A DNA stretch of 56,008 nt, filler included, from Platydemus manokwari (Eukaryota), in the NCBI GenBank assembly GCA_037951405.1. It is 4 parts of 4 records of this genome, joined end to end, with 100 filler letters (N's around TTAATTAATTAA, not from the genome) between each part and the next. Parts side by side here need not be neighbours in the genome. Positions count along the whole stretch, not along the records: positions 21,375 to 33,797 come from JBBMOY010142232.1; positions 33,898 to 43,692 come from JBBMOY011203766.1; 2 more parts are not named here. One strand, written 5' to 3'. The notes below the pieces were generated by a model. The model saw nothing but the letters and a program-made list of their open reading frames with translations. It was not told the DNA's origin and did not search any database. This document shows positions 25,861 through 40,345 of this stretch, one piece after another (position 1 is the stretch's first letter; each line of letters starts with the position of its first letter). The position numbers and the translations under genes are program-made.

Positions 25861-27599
25861 TGTACATGAAAGACAAACATAAAATTGCATGACATCGAAG
25901 CAAAAAGTCATGATAAAGCATGAGATAAAATTATTTATCACTCATGATTTTATTGAATCTAATTTCGATTTATCTAGTTCTGTTCTGATTCAGAAACAAG
26001 GTTTTCACGATATTCTTATTTATTGGGACTTTTTCATCGAATGGCATGCGTTATGTATTGCTATTGTGCTTCTTTTATTATATTTTTACAATTTCAGATT
26101 CGAACTAATTACTTGAGTTCCAGGAAAAAAGAAAAAGATGCAAGTAAATTTTTCTAATTGTAAAATCGATTCGAAATCTCAAATCACCACTGAATCTTCT
26201 CATTGCCCGGTTTGTAGATTTCTGTGATTCAACATTAAGAATATTATTATGCTCAACATTTTGAAGGATATTTAAAAAAACTAATGTAACAACTTATTAA
26301 ACAAAATATATCAACCGTGTGCAAATGAGATAAAATTCATGATTTCGTCAGTCGATAACTACAACTAATCTTTATTTCACTACATTATAAGATATCAAAT
26401 TCTATAATCGCCGATATTTAAATTTATTCTCAATAATTTCATGACTCTTATTTATGGATATTTCGTTCTCAGTGTAATTAACAAATTTAATTTCCAGGAT
26501 AACATTGATTTATGAAGTTGAATCTAACAGAATATCATTTCCTTTACACACGTATCAAAATATTTACAATAATTTCTGTGTTCAGTACCTGAGTTCAGGA
26601 TAGGGATTTTAATCTTTCAAAAAAATACATTAGATGAATTTGATATTAGAATATCTTGTTTATTGGGGAAATTAATCTAGCTGACTGCACAAGTTTTTCG
26701 TCTGAATTATGATTTGATGATAACTTTATTTTGTAAACATATTATTAAAATTATCAATTCTTGAGTTTGATTTATTATTGTGGTAGTGAATATTTAAAAG
26801 TATACAACGACTTTAATAAAGGTCGTTGTAATGGCTTGATTTTGAAAATAATTTAATCAAGATGAAAGAAATAAAATTATGTTTTTATTATTAAATAAAA
26901 ATTCGAAAAAATAATATAAAATGTAAGCTTTCTGACACAATGAGGTTTTATTTTTGGTGCTTATGGTCAATTTTTGTTACAAAAATAAAAAAAATAATTC
27001 AATATAATTAAAATGGCTTTATGAAACTCAATCCACATACAAGAATTTCAAATTTGCATACCAAGTATATTTACAGTGAGACATGATTTAGTTCATCAAC
27101 AGACTTGATTCAGCAATAAAGAGCGTTGCTGATTGAAAATATTTAATTTAATATTAGGTGTTTAAGCAACTGCTGATAATAAAATATCTTATCAAATCAT
27201 ATCAGGAATTTTTTGCAAAATTTGTTAATAATGTGGCACTAAATCAACAGAACGACATTATAATTCACACGTACACACAGCGAATCCCCCTCAGCGAAAT
27301 TTCAGGAATTTATTGAATATTTAAAATATTGGTATCAATTCTACTAATTTTGAAAATTCAAATTTGTTGGATTATTGATTGTTTGATTGGTATACTCCTT
27401 TAAATTTGAACCACACCACAATGTCAAACTACTAAAGATTGCGCCTTTAATGTAAAGAATTTTTATTAAACAGAAAACGCCCACCAGTCGGCTCAACTTT
27501 CTCAAGATATTTAAAATCCAAATTATTTGAATAGATAAAGGAAAGTTCTATCTTAATGGATCAGATAAACATCATAACTGATAAAAATCAAAATAATCT

Positions 27600-27900
27600 A
27601 CATTCGAAATCTATGGATCAACGTGGTATCACTGTCTGAGCCAGCAATTCAACACATTAAGTTATTAATATTACGTTAAGAACGAAAATTATCTCTCTAC
27701 ACTCCATATCGTGATTCCAGACGTTGTAGAACGCCAAAATGTGCACATATAGGATGAAGCTCCACCGAATTTCTACTAGACCATGACTTTTCTAGACCAT
27801 GACTTTTCAAACCGTTGGATTTGCTCGAAGAATCATTAAACTTAAGACCTTATGGTTTGTTTCATTAGTGGTTTGTTTTTCTTGTAAAAGAAATGTAGTG
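27600..27900 (+). mobile_element. Highly decayed Tc1/mariner transposase fragment
   Basis: *DEAPPNF (cf. QDGAPPHF) at ~27750, followed by FSNRWI. Contains a 16-bp tandem duplication CTAGACCATGACTTTT. Boundaries approximate. Confidence 0.5.
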
Positions 27901-30900
27901 TAAGAGTCATCCTTAAATTTTGAATGAATTTGAAAATAGATGAAGGATTGTGAAATTCGTCTTTGAATCAATGAAAATACTGGTTATTTTGTAAATTAAG
28001 TTTAAAAGCGGATGCCTTAATAAAAAGAAACTCGGAGGGGTTCAAGCTATAACAATCTGCATATTATAAAATATGACTAAATAAAAAATTCCGAAATTAT
28101 TATTTGAATGAAACATATATTGACGAAAACTGTGATTGATAACTTGTTGATAGAAATAAACAAATAAACAATATTATAATCGATGATTTGTTCGTAAATT
28201 GGTTTAAAATCGTTAAAAGAGATATTCAATGTTTCTAACAATATCTAACCCTTAACAGATAAGAAGGTTGCGTGTATAATATAGATAACAATGAAATCCA
28301 GACTACCGATAATAAAAATCTATTCAATACAACATAAATCGATAAATGTGTAATGCTGAAGTTTATTCAAGAAAACTGTAATGACCTGAAGAGTGCCTTA
28401 AACAATCGCCATTGAGAACGACGATCCACTCAATTGAGACGAAAATCATTGAAGCTGAATTTTAACGGAAGTACAAATAATTTATCATAGGTTTGCAACT
28501 AATTTCCTTACGGAGATTGGCACAAATTTACAGTTTATTGAAATAATTAAAATTACCATGATGAATAGATTGAAACGTAAAATGAACTAAATATGTAAAT
28601 AATAATCGCGCAATAGGAATTTCTCTCTAGAAGTAAGTTCGTTAATAATGCATAATTCGTATGATAAAATTCGTTAATGATGAACGATTCATAACTTGAA
28701 CGATTACAGTATGTGAAATCCTCGAAGTCTATCGTGAACTGATAGTGTCTGAATTTTGTATGTGTGAAATTTATGATTTCACTCGGTATATATACTTTTT
28801 ATTTGTGAGCCAATAATTAATATTATAGTTTTTACGATATAACTATGGTGATTTATGGTGTTTTAATGTCTATTTATATTTGAATTACAAATTACTATGA
28901 CTATACATTGAGTTGTTATGACAACGCGTATGATTAAAGTGATTTATCAGAAATGTTATCTCTAATTATAATAATGCTTGCAAAGCCATTTATAGCTATA
29001 TGTGATTATATTTTATAATAATAATATTATTGTAAAAGAATAGGAGATTGTCAGCATATAAAAGTAAAATAAAAAATAATATTCCAAAAAACACCGAAGT
29101 TTCAAGCCTAATGTTTATATTTGTTTTAATCGAAAGATAAGGCATTTGTAATGAATATGATAATTCGTAACTCGAAAGCAATAACAATGAATGCTCCTTG
29201 AATAAAATTGAGTGCAAAATAAATTTAAACATCCAAGAATGACCAAAAATCCTTCAAGCAGTAGGTAGTTTAACTTCATTCATTATATCTATGTACCGTT
29301 AAATACCTAAGCAAATAACAGTATACATTTACTTTGAACGGTAAGATAAATTTTTAATCATTATCAATTTCGTATTTCAGAATATCCACGAGAAACTTTC
29401 TCCAAATCAACTGCCTGAAGCCCAGTAATCGATGTAATAGATAAACCGTTCCATGAACCAATTTATCATTTTAATAATTGATAAATTATTTTGAATTTAT
29501 AAATGAAAATTGTACAATCAGCACGACATATTATAAGGAAGCAAAGATAAGGTTTATTAATATATAAAGTAAACTTTTCTAAGAAGAACAAAAATAATAA
29601 TAATAGAATTGAAAAATTTTCCAATTTGGAATAATCCTTCAAAGAAACCTACAAAACAATAAAAAACACTTCAGATTCATAATATGATGTAGGATTCAGC
29701 TGATAGATTTCTGTTGTAACGGCAAATTTAAAAATAGTGGATCTCGAAGTCGCTTAATATCGCTTTGAACTTGAGCTAGATCTTCTCGTAACTCATTATA
29801 TCGATCCACGTCAAATTTCAATTTGTTGGAAACGATATAGAATTTTTTCAAATATTGACGATCGAATACATGAGGGAAGCAGTATTCCTGAACAAATTGA
29901 ATGGATAATTTTCCGATATTCTTTTAAACAAAAGAAATGTAAATAATTTATTTCATTTGATCGAATTTGGCTCCTTTGTAGATTAAAACGAGCTATTAAT
30001 TTTATCGCAATGGTAAATTGGATTTATCATTTTAATCAACATATCCAACTATAAGGATATGAACAATATTATTAAATTGGGATTTTAAGCTGCTACTATT
30101 TTATAAAACAGGCATCGAAAACGAACTGAAAAATCAAGAAACCAAAAAATGTATTGAAATACGCATTATATAAATAAATTAATATAATTTTATATAAAAT
30201 TAAATATTAAAAAAAATCTAATTGAATTTAAAATTCTCACATTCCCCTTTCTTTAAAATCTTTTATTTTCTTTGCATTTTAAATAGACTTCACTTGCAAT
30301 TGATGTTTAAACAGAAGAAGTCATTATAACGATTTTCTTAAATTTTGTTTAATTAAAACACTTAATACAATGTTTTAAACAACTTATAATTCCATTAGAT
30401 AGTTTCAATATCAATCTTAATCAGGTATATATAAAATATATAAATAATTTTCTAATTATCGTATTTATTATTTAAAATAATTTTCTTTAATTATTATAAT
30501 TATTTTAAAATTATTATCAGTTAATTTAAATTAATCCTTTTTAATTAATTCTTTTATTTTTTTATATCTTCTCTAAATCATTTATATATATATATAATCT
30601 AAATAGTCTCAACATCTTCCTCCTTCTTTTCGATAACTTTCAGTCATTGATTTTCTCAGAATCGAATCCAGATGCGTGGTCGCCATGTAAGCCGCAGATA
30701 TTTTAATATGTTATTGTTCATATAAAATAGAATGCCTCTGTAAAACAATCTCTTCCAAAATATAGTTTTGAATATCCCAATCCAATGACACTAACCATGA
30801 GTCTTAAAGAACGAAATGCTTTCAACTATCGTACTTAGTTTAATTTCACTAAAGTAATAATATCAACTTTAAAAAATTCTAATTTTTCAAAATTTTCAAT

Positions 30901-33725
30901 AATATATGAAGCAAAATTTTTTTAGTTTTATATGTTCTTCTCAACTGACAACTGACAAATAAGCTAGATTTCTTCCTGAAATTAAATTCAGTGAACTTTG
31001 CAATAAAATCTCCTGTTGCCACGAAATATGATTCTTAATAAATATAATAATTGGTAGCAGAGAAGTATGACAAAAAATGTAAAATGAATTTCAAGAAAAG
31101 ACGAGAATAGAGTAAGTGTCACATTTCTAAGTGTCATATAAATTATCCACAGTTGGTTTTTGTAATTATATTAAAAAATGGTATAATAATGAAGTTTATA
31201 ATAGAATAATAAGTTTGTAAACGTTATTAAAATTGGCAGAAAAACTATTGAAATACAAGATGAAAGACATTAAAACTAATATTACCATTGTTGGTTTCTT
31301 CATTTTTAATACTCAAATTAAAAGTCATATTTACAACAGAACAAAAAAATCTATTCGTCAATACATCAATTTTCAAACAAATTTTCAAATAATTAAAATT
31401 TATTTCCAACTGATTTATCTTCTTTTCAATAATTAAATAATAATTTAAATTCTACTTTTAGTAATTTTAATAATTTTAAAATTGCGACATTGGCAGTAAA
31501 ATTTTAAGCAAGATCATTTTATAAATATCAACAAATGGTTTATTTATTTTTAATATAATTTTTTAAAAATATCTTTTAATGCAAATTTTTATAATTCCAA
31601 TCTTATCTCAATTGTAATTATTTATCGTATTTTTAAATAAACCTCACAGTCATATCAATAAAAAAAACCGAACAACTAAAACAATTTAAAAAACAACTTC
31701 AATTAAGTATGGATGTTTTATCAAATGTTAAAATTCCAATCACCAGATGGGTTGATGTCAATAATAGTGAATTGAAAAGATATTGCATTCATTTTCAATA
31801 AAGCTAATTTTTATCAGAGTCCATAAATCATAAATAAATAATCTCCTTAAAATAGACATCAAATATGGATCAATGCACGGAAATTGAAGTTTTGTAAATA
31901 TTAATTGACAATTCCAGACTCGAAATTTTCAATCAATTTAGTTTAATGAAATAAATGGAAGGGGCTTGGAAATTCATAGATATTTTAAAATTGATAATCC
32001 AAAATCCAATTCTTGAGTCAAGTAAATTCTGATGAGCTTTATCTTGATAAACCGTATGTTAGCATGCTAATTTTTCATGAAATACAAATTGAAAAAAAAT
32101 TAAGAAATTCAACCAACAAAGTACATTCAAAACTATAATATTCAAACAAATCATCTCGGTTTTTTATATATTTATGTTTTATGAATTTTGAAAATTATTT
32201 ATCAAAATTTTAAAATTCTCAATAAATTCAATCAATATTTTAACGATTTTTTTAAATATCTAAATATGGTTTAAGCAAGAAAATGCGACAAAGAGTTAGA
32301 ATTTATGGTTTTATCAACACCCAAATTAATTTTTCAAGGTTGATTAATTTTTTTTGAAAAATATTAACTCAAATTCTCCAATTAGACTACAGGAACGAAG
32401 TCAGTTGGTAGTAGTAGAAGTAGAAGTAATTCGCAAATTTTATATTTCTTTATCCAATTCAGAGATGTTTCATGCCTTTTTTATTATGATTATTTTTCAC
32501 GTGGGACCCTATTTTCGTTGTTCTTTTTCCTGAATTTTCCTTATAAACAGAAAAAATTAGCTTATCAATAACTTTCTTTTGATGTAAATCAATAAAACAG
32601 TAAATATATCAAATGAAACAAATATGGAGAAACAAAAATGATCTTTTTGTAAAATTGAAACAAAGTGAATTACAAAAAAGGATTCTCGAGTGCAATGAAA
32701 TCAAATCTGAGAAATCTCGCCAAACATAGACATACACACAGTGATAAATAGGCAATAAAATGCAGTTAATACACACACCTGTCAATTTTATTCGACTAAT
32801 TAGAACTCCTAGGAATATAAAACGTCTATTAAGGAACCGTTGTTCCGTAAATTAATAACGGTAAAAGAAAATTTTGAATTATTTTTACACTTTGGTTAAA
32901 AAGATTATCATTGGTCATTATGGTTTTCACTAATTGTTCTCGAATGACAATTTTCAAGATCAATGTCTAGCCACTTCGATCTCAAAATTTGTTTTAAAAA
33001 ATAAATATTTAGATTTAAGGTACTATTAGGTTCAAACATTAGAAATTGAAATGGTAGCACTTAATTTTTCAATCATACCGATTGGATATTGGGCTCATTA
33101 TTTTCTTTTCAAATTATTGACTAACGTTGAGTGTATTGCAAAAATCTATATAGTTTATTTGATTATATTCTTTAAAAACATTTTGAATTTTTTATTTAAA
33201 TACTCAAGAAGAATTTTAATTGTTTAAAATCAAATATTAAATGCACTAGAGCTTAAAAATCTCCTAAAATCTGATTATTTGAAAACCTAATCAAAGTAGG
33301 TCGAATTGCAATTTATTGGAAATTAGCGAAGACCCCTTTCTTAACATTAGAATCAAATAGAGAGATATTCTCAATTTTTACAATTATTTAATAAAAATAA
33401 CCAATGATATCATTAAACATATCTGTAATTAAGTAACTTGATTTATAATTATAAAAATTTTAATTAAAAAACTCAAATAATCATATAGAAGTGTTGTGAT
33501 TAGAATGGGAACTTGTTTTAAAAACCATGTTTTGTCACTATTAGACATCTTAAAAAATGAGATATTAACTGAATTATATAAATAAATAAAACATCGCAAT
33601 TATATATAAAATTAAGTTATAAAATTATCTCATGTGCGGAAATCTATCATTACGAAAGTAGGTCAAATGACCTCTTTTCTTAACTTAAGCCAAATTATTG
33701 AGGTCATTATTTTGAAAATCATCTA

Positions 33726-33797
33726 TTAGGTTGGTGCAAAAATAATGGCCTTTTTTAAATTGGCTTTTCATTTTTAAATATTAAATTGAAGATCTTA
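33726..33797 (+). mobile_element. Mariner (cecropia/Hsmar1-like) terminal inverted repeat running into a gap
   Basis: TA followed by TTAGGTTGGTGCAAAAATAATGGCC, which closely resembles the Hsmar1/MADE1-type TIR TTAGGTTGGTGCAAAAGTAATTGCG. Confidence 0.75.
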
Positions 33798-33897
33798 NNN
33801 NNNNNNNNNNNNNNNNNNNNNNNNNNNNNNNNNNNNNNNNNTTAATTAATTAANNNNNNNNNNNNNNNNNNNNNNNNNNNNNNNNNNNNNNNNNNNN
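33798..33897. other. Assembly gap with stop-codon linker
   Basis: N44-TTAATTAATTAA-N44. Confidence 0.97.
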
Positions 33898-35520
33898 TAA
33901 TATAGGCAAATGAACAATAAGTAATATCGAGTTAAATAATTAATAACTTGATAACAAAAGCAATACAAAAACAATAATAAATAATAACAAGAAAGATAGA
34001 AGAAATAATAATAAATATAATAAATATCAGAAGGTTAATTGCAATAGATAGTAAGAGTCAACAATAAGATAACATCATTATTTATTCATTCAAAGCGTGT
34101 GAAAAAAACGGTAAAAATGGACGAGAAAAATCGGCATGAAGAGCCGTGTGAGGTGGTGGACATGGCCAATGCGTATAAATAGCGGCGTTGGTCTTAAGAT
34201 GAGAACAACAACAAAACCACGAAAAAACCGCGAAAAAAACAAGTCAAGAAACTCTATAATTAATCAATACAAAAGAATTACGACGACAGGCGATCATTTT
34301 GGTCTACGGAGAGATAGTGAATTCAAGTTAACTTCACATATCAGCAGCTGTGTTTAATAGTTCTTTAAAGAAGTTCTTTTTTAAAAAAAATTGTTTCGCA
34401 GCCGAAATTTTATTTGCGCACAGCTTGGTACATTTATCTGAAGACATCGGACGAATCAACAGTTTATTCTGGGATTTTATGCGAATCGGATTTTTGCCGG
34501 ATCATTATCATAGACACAGTAAGAGTTAATTTTCTTCTTTAGTACGTTTTCAATAACATTCATTTGCTCTAATAATTTAATTTAGAGGCTGTATTTTTGA
34601 TATCATAATAATAATCGAATTTATTAATTCTATGCAAAATATGACTAATCTCTTCTCTCCGTATCACTAAAATCTCCGTCCGTTAACCGGATTACTCGTT
34701 AATTGCTGAGGCGAGGTACGAGATATTTTGCTCAACTTTTGTTTTCGTTTTTTATACTAATTGTTATATTCATTTTTCCTAATAAACATTTTGAAACCCC
34801 AAGTTGCGTTATCATTACATCATATTAATTGAATAATTGCAAGATTATCAGGGATATCCAATTTATTGCATTATCGTAAACTTCATATATTAAATTAACT
34901 ACCAATAGATTTTAAATCTCATATTATTTTAGGCCCATAGAGACTTCGCATTCTCTGTGCTACAATTCGAAATCATACATTAAATTTATTTTCCAACAGC
35001 TTGGTCTTCTTTTGGACCAGTTAACTAATATTAAATAACGCCCAATAACGGTTTATTACAAGCCACCAAACGAAAGATAGAATATCACATAATAAAAAAC
35101 AACAACACCAAACCCAACATTTAATAAATATGGATAAAAATTAATTAATTAAAATGTGGGCGCTGTGGGCGAAAATTGAAATTTTAAATGTAGGAGAAAA
35201 AGAAAAATATTATGAATAATCCGAGTGAATAATAAATTAAAATTATTAATCTAGGCGGATTTAGAAAATAATTTTCAATATCCAATAAGGAAAAAGAAAA
35301 TAATAATTTAAAACGATTATTCAGAATCCGTCCTAGAAAACACTATATAAGGAGTGGCAAAGGCACTATTTTCACTAGCATAAAATTACTAAGAGCTAAA
35401 GGAATTAGAATCACTCTTTGAAAAATGTGATACAACATAAAGTAAACGACGAGATTAAAGTTTAGACTCTTCAAAGGATAAACGACGAAATTAAAGGTTT
35501 AATATTTAAATTTTGAAAAG
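33898..35520 (+). mobile_element. LTR-retrotransposon-like relic (LTR-like promoter block + decayed ORF)
   Basis: CCAAT at 34166, TATAAATA at 34174, AATAAA at 34781, ...CAACA followed by GCTTGGTC (PBS-like) at ~34998-35006, then an A-rich stop-riddled frame from ATG 35130. Shares motifs with 37440-38520. Confidence 0.4.
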
Positions 35521-37021
35521 GAAAATACGTAATTGAGGGGCCCGTCCATATTGCAATATATATATATATATAATTACATTTTTATCAACACAAAGGAGGT
35601 TCGCTATCGGAGCCTTCCCTTGTTGAAAACATTTTCCTAATCTGCGTGTTGATAAATTGAAATGTTTGTTTGTCTGGAAAAGTAATTTGACTGAACTTTT
35701 AAAAGGGGAGTTTTATTGTATCTATAAAATTGTCTTGGAACATTTGTACATTGCTATAAGAGCAAATATATTTTATAATTGGCTTTAATTGTAATCTTTG
35801 AATTATTAGTATTTGTTTATTGAATAATAATATAGGAGCACGCACCTACCGGATTGACATTGCGCTTTAATCGGTAGTATATAGAACTCACATATATAAG
35901 ATTATAAAAGACCCAAACTACAACAAATATATCATCAAAATGTATTGGTATGTATTGTTGGAATGATAAATATTAAAGTTAAATATTTATTATATATTTT
36001 AGATTTTTAGACTTCTAATTTCAAGGATTTATAAGAGATCGAAGTTAGATATTTTCGAATTTAAATGTGAATTATTTGTATCACTTGTTTGAATAATTTG
36101 GTCAATTATAAATTGTTTTTAAGAACGAAACGTTTTAAAGTGATATCAGAATGATTGAGATTGTGGGTGATTTTACTCATAAATAGAACGTGAATTTCAA
36201 TATAATAAAAAAAATATCTATACCCTCTTTATATCAGTCAGTTGTCGAGAATTTTAACTTTTGTCATTACATTATTGCAAAGTTTATCAGGTGTTATAAT
36301 TTTATTTTGGAATTGATTTTATTCGAAGGTCAGGAGAACTTCGTTGTAACAGAGCACATTTATCGCAATACTTTAATCTTATACTAAATTACCACTTTGT
36401 CAACAACTTTGTTCCAATTAAGGTGAATGACATTCGCGAGTTTGTTAGAAATAAATCATCTAGTAATAAAGTTGTTGAGGATGCACCTTCATCGTCTTCA
36501 TCAATAAATATATTCAAATTCCAACATTAATCAACCCGCAAAACAACCATCAAACCAATCGTAAAATCGTCCTCATCATCAAATATATATTAATAGCCAA
36601 ATGTCCGAACTCTTCAAACCAATATCCATTCCACAAATCCCAAATTGATCATCTCCAATTTCGATCTATAATCAATCCCACAAAGTCCACATCAATAATA
36701 AAAAAACAACAATATTAGATTCTTGCCGTGATTTGATTTTTAAAAATATTTGATATTCGTTTTGTTATTTGTTATTCGCTTATTTGCTAATTTGAATTTT
36801 GATAATTATATATGACAATAATTATGTTATTCTTGATCTTTGCTTTTGTAAACTGGAAGGTAAGATTACCATGAGACAACACAATGATGGGAGTTAAGTG
36901 ATGAATTGTTTACGAGTACAATAACTGCAGAAAACGAATATAGACAGTGGAATAATATGAAACAAGAAAAGCGAAAAATAAAAATATAATATTAACACAT
37001 TTAGAATAAAAATGACAATGA

Positions 37022-37153
37022 NNNNNNNNNNNNNNNNNNNNNNNNNNNNNNNNNNNNNNNNNNNNNNNNNNNNNNNNNNNNNNNNNNNNNNNNNNNNNNN
37101 NNNNNNNNNNNNNNNNNNNNNNNNNNNNNNNNNNNNNNNNNNNNNNNNNNNNN
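37022..37153. other. Assembly gap (132 N)
   Basis: Run of N. Confidence 0.99.
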
Positions 37154-37439
37154 CAATAAAAGTACAATTTTTAAAATAAGTTATAGTTTATCTGATCAAA
37201 AGTAGTAACAACAAAAATCAATGATAATCGTTTTTTATCTGATTAAAAAGCGAACATTTAGAAGCATTAACAATAGAGAATAAATTTAGTAGCAGCCATT
37301 GCGCTGTACAAAATTATAAATAAAAAATAAATATCAAAGAATAAAAATGACGCCAGTCATAGAAATGGTACCATAGAAAACAGTATATGAAGCAAATGAA
37401 AAACAGCATTCACCACACAATCATTTCATAACAAGTGAA

Positions 37440-38520
37440 CGTTACACCGTACGAGTTACAGTGCCAACATTTATCAAGCTATTCTTCAAATTGGTTTCTG
37501 ACAGTATTTGTAAGCCTATTTTATCATTTATTCATTTCATAATTATTGCTTAACTCATCTAATTTATTAAAAAATCTTGGTTTCGTCTCCCTGTAATCTC
37601 CGTCTGGTACTCGGTATTCTGAGTATCAAGTATTCATTTGCTTGCGCAGTGTACTACGCAGTTTGCCAAATTTGTTTTTGTTCTCTTTTATTGTTACCTA
37701 GTTTCGTTTCTTAAATAAATTATTTAACCAATTATAGTGTCATCATTTTTGGAAAATAAGGTTATTAATAATCTTCTAACCTATAGATTACTCTGGTGTC
37801 AACGGGATATTCCAAGTCCTTGTTGCCACAGTTAATTAAATCTTTTAGGGTTATCATTTTTAACCTTTCTTTCAGTCTAGTTTCATTTTAGATTTGCGCA
37901 CAAGATATCTATTAATCTCCCGTTCATTTTATTCTATTAAATAAAGTTATCCTTTATTTCTCGTTTTGGCTTTTAATTCTGGTCATCATGACTATATTTA
38001 TAAAGTCTATATGTACCTCAAACACAAAATATTGGATAGGCGTGTTGAGCACCGAGCCTTAACCAAATAATAAAAATAATATACCGTTTTTTTAAACAAT
38101 GAGCGATAAAATTAGGAATAGGTGATATCCAATAATAGATTAAGTAAAATTTAAAAATAAACAAAAGGATTAATAATATCTAAAAATACTAATTTAAAAT
38201 GGTTAAACCGAAAAATAGTTATTAAGAAATACTAAATTAACAAAGAAAGGTGGAGAAATCAAATAAAAAAAATACCAAACTAATATAAATACCAAAAGAA
38301 TTAATCACAAAATACTAAAAACTTTACTAAAAGCTCCAATAGCTGTTAATCAATTTTTAATTAAATTGGCAGAATAAAACTCAACCAAATTTTCGTTAAA
38401 AGTCAGAAGCAATTCCTAAAATGTTGATTGAATACACAAGAATATTATAAAGAAGTTTAACTAAAAACCTCAAAACTACGATTCGATTGTACTTAATGCA
38501 ACTTTCTGCGAAACAAATAA
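37440..38520 (+). mobile_element. Second LTR-like relic related to 33898-35520
   Basis: Same motif order: AATCTCCGTC (37595), T-rich tract, AATAAA (37714), GGGATATTCCA (37804), TGGTC (37980), then a decayed A-rich frame from ATG 38099. Confidence 0.35.
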
Positions 38521-40345
38521 CGTAAACTCATTATTTATCTTTACCCTTTATATAATTATATTTCATTTTAAATATACATTTATAAACTTCAGATTAAGCC
38601 CATTTCATATTAAGCATAATTAACAACTAAACTTATCTAAAGTGATTGATCATTGGTTACTGAAACTCTATACCTAACCGCATTTAAGTCTCATAAGCTC
38701 CCTAAGGTCTCTTAATGTCAAAGACATAATAGTCATTTTTCCAATAAAATTATTCTTCATAGAATATCATAAAGTACCATTTTAATTAATTTAACAAAAA
38801 TAATGGTTATTTGTAAACTAATAGTTTTTCATTCTGTTTAATCAGTTATATTAATATTGTTTGCCATTATTCATGATTCTGTCACCCGATTATATTTTTG
38901 AAAATACTTATTCTGTATATTGAATTATTCTATATAAATGTTTAATTATTGTTTATTGTAGTATTATCGAAAGCCGATTTTAGAGTCAGATTTAAATATA
39001 GCTTTATTAATAATATTTTTACAAATTGTCCATTCATACCCAAAATCGTAGTAGACGTTTATATCATTGATAAATTTATAGTTATTCAAAGCGAGATCAT
39101 TTCTTATATATTATTTCATGGTATCTAGTTAAAAATAATGTCTATTGAATGTAACGGTAATTTTCATAAGACGTCGATTATGAGGTTAATAATAAATATT
39201 ATTCTTATGATTCCTGGTAAACATATCTTTGGACAAAATAAAACGCCTAACAGTTGCAAATATCAATATTACATGTGCAGCTTAAAATTTAAATAATCAC
39301 TAATTCAAACGCATAGTAACGATGATATCGACTAATTGAAACAAAAGCCGCCCATTGACAATTAAATAAAAGCCATATTATGTTAATATTTGTATGAAAT
39401 ATTTTTTTCCTTTAAACTCAAAGATTATTATTGATATTTACTTAACTTACATACTTTGCTTTATTATTTTAGAATATTTGGTGTTTCTATATGGGCGGGA
39501 TTTTAATAGTAATAACAAAAAATAATATGGAATTAGTGTTCCTTAGAAAAAATTTAATATTTGCAGGATAAAAATATAAATATAATAAAAATATAAATAC
39601 AAACACAAAAGATGTATTCGGTCAAGGAATGTATTTAATCAATTATATTTTATAAATTACTTGTTCAATAACATATAACTCAATTTTTAATTACCAAATA
39701 TTAATATTTAATTTTCCATTGGTGAAGCATATTTTTCGAATTCTAGTTTTATAAATAATATGCATCAGAATCCATGCGTATTTTTAAATTAGCATTGTAC
39801 CTTTACTTGAAACTTACCTTGGAACAATAATCCTTACCTAAGGTACTGGTTCAAATAACATCAATGTCACAAATATTGAAACGCTTCAAAAATCGTATTA
39901 CTGATAAGTGCGTAAAATTAGATATTAATCAATAGTGGAGTTATCAATAGAAATTTGCATATTCATAATACTTTGATAAATCGACAACTACTATTTGCAT
40001 ACAATTATAGCTCTGAAATCATATTAAATCCGACACACGCTCTCTCTATTTATAATGAGATTCAATTGTTAAAATGCAACTATTAAGCCTTGGAGAACGA
40101 AATTATAATTATTAGTAATATTATTAAAGAATAAATGGAGTGACACAAATAATATTAATGTTGAAAAGACATAAATGCTTGAGAAAACTGTATTGCTAAA
40201 TACACCGTATGAGACTCTACGATAAAGGCACCAGAAATCTTTGAAAATATACAATAAGAAATCATGCGATAAAATTATTGCATCAAGACTAGAATAATTA
40301 TATTAAATATTTTTATTTGCTTTTTCTCTTCACATTTGGTTGCTT

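Noticed and set aside
28996-31436. Short I/L/F/N/K-rich ORFs here and elsewhere in the track
   Set aside because: Composition expected of random AT-rich non-coding DNA, often with non-ATG starts.
39810-39845. Two adjacent AG|GTAAG sites on the minus strand (recursive-splice-like)
   Set aside because: Cannot be tied to any transcript or exon from sequence alone.
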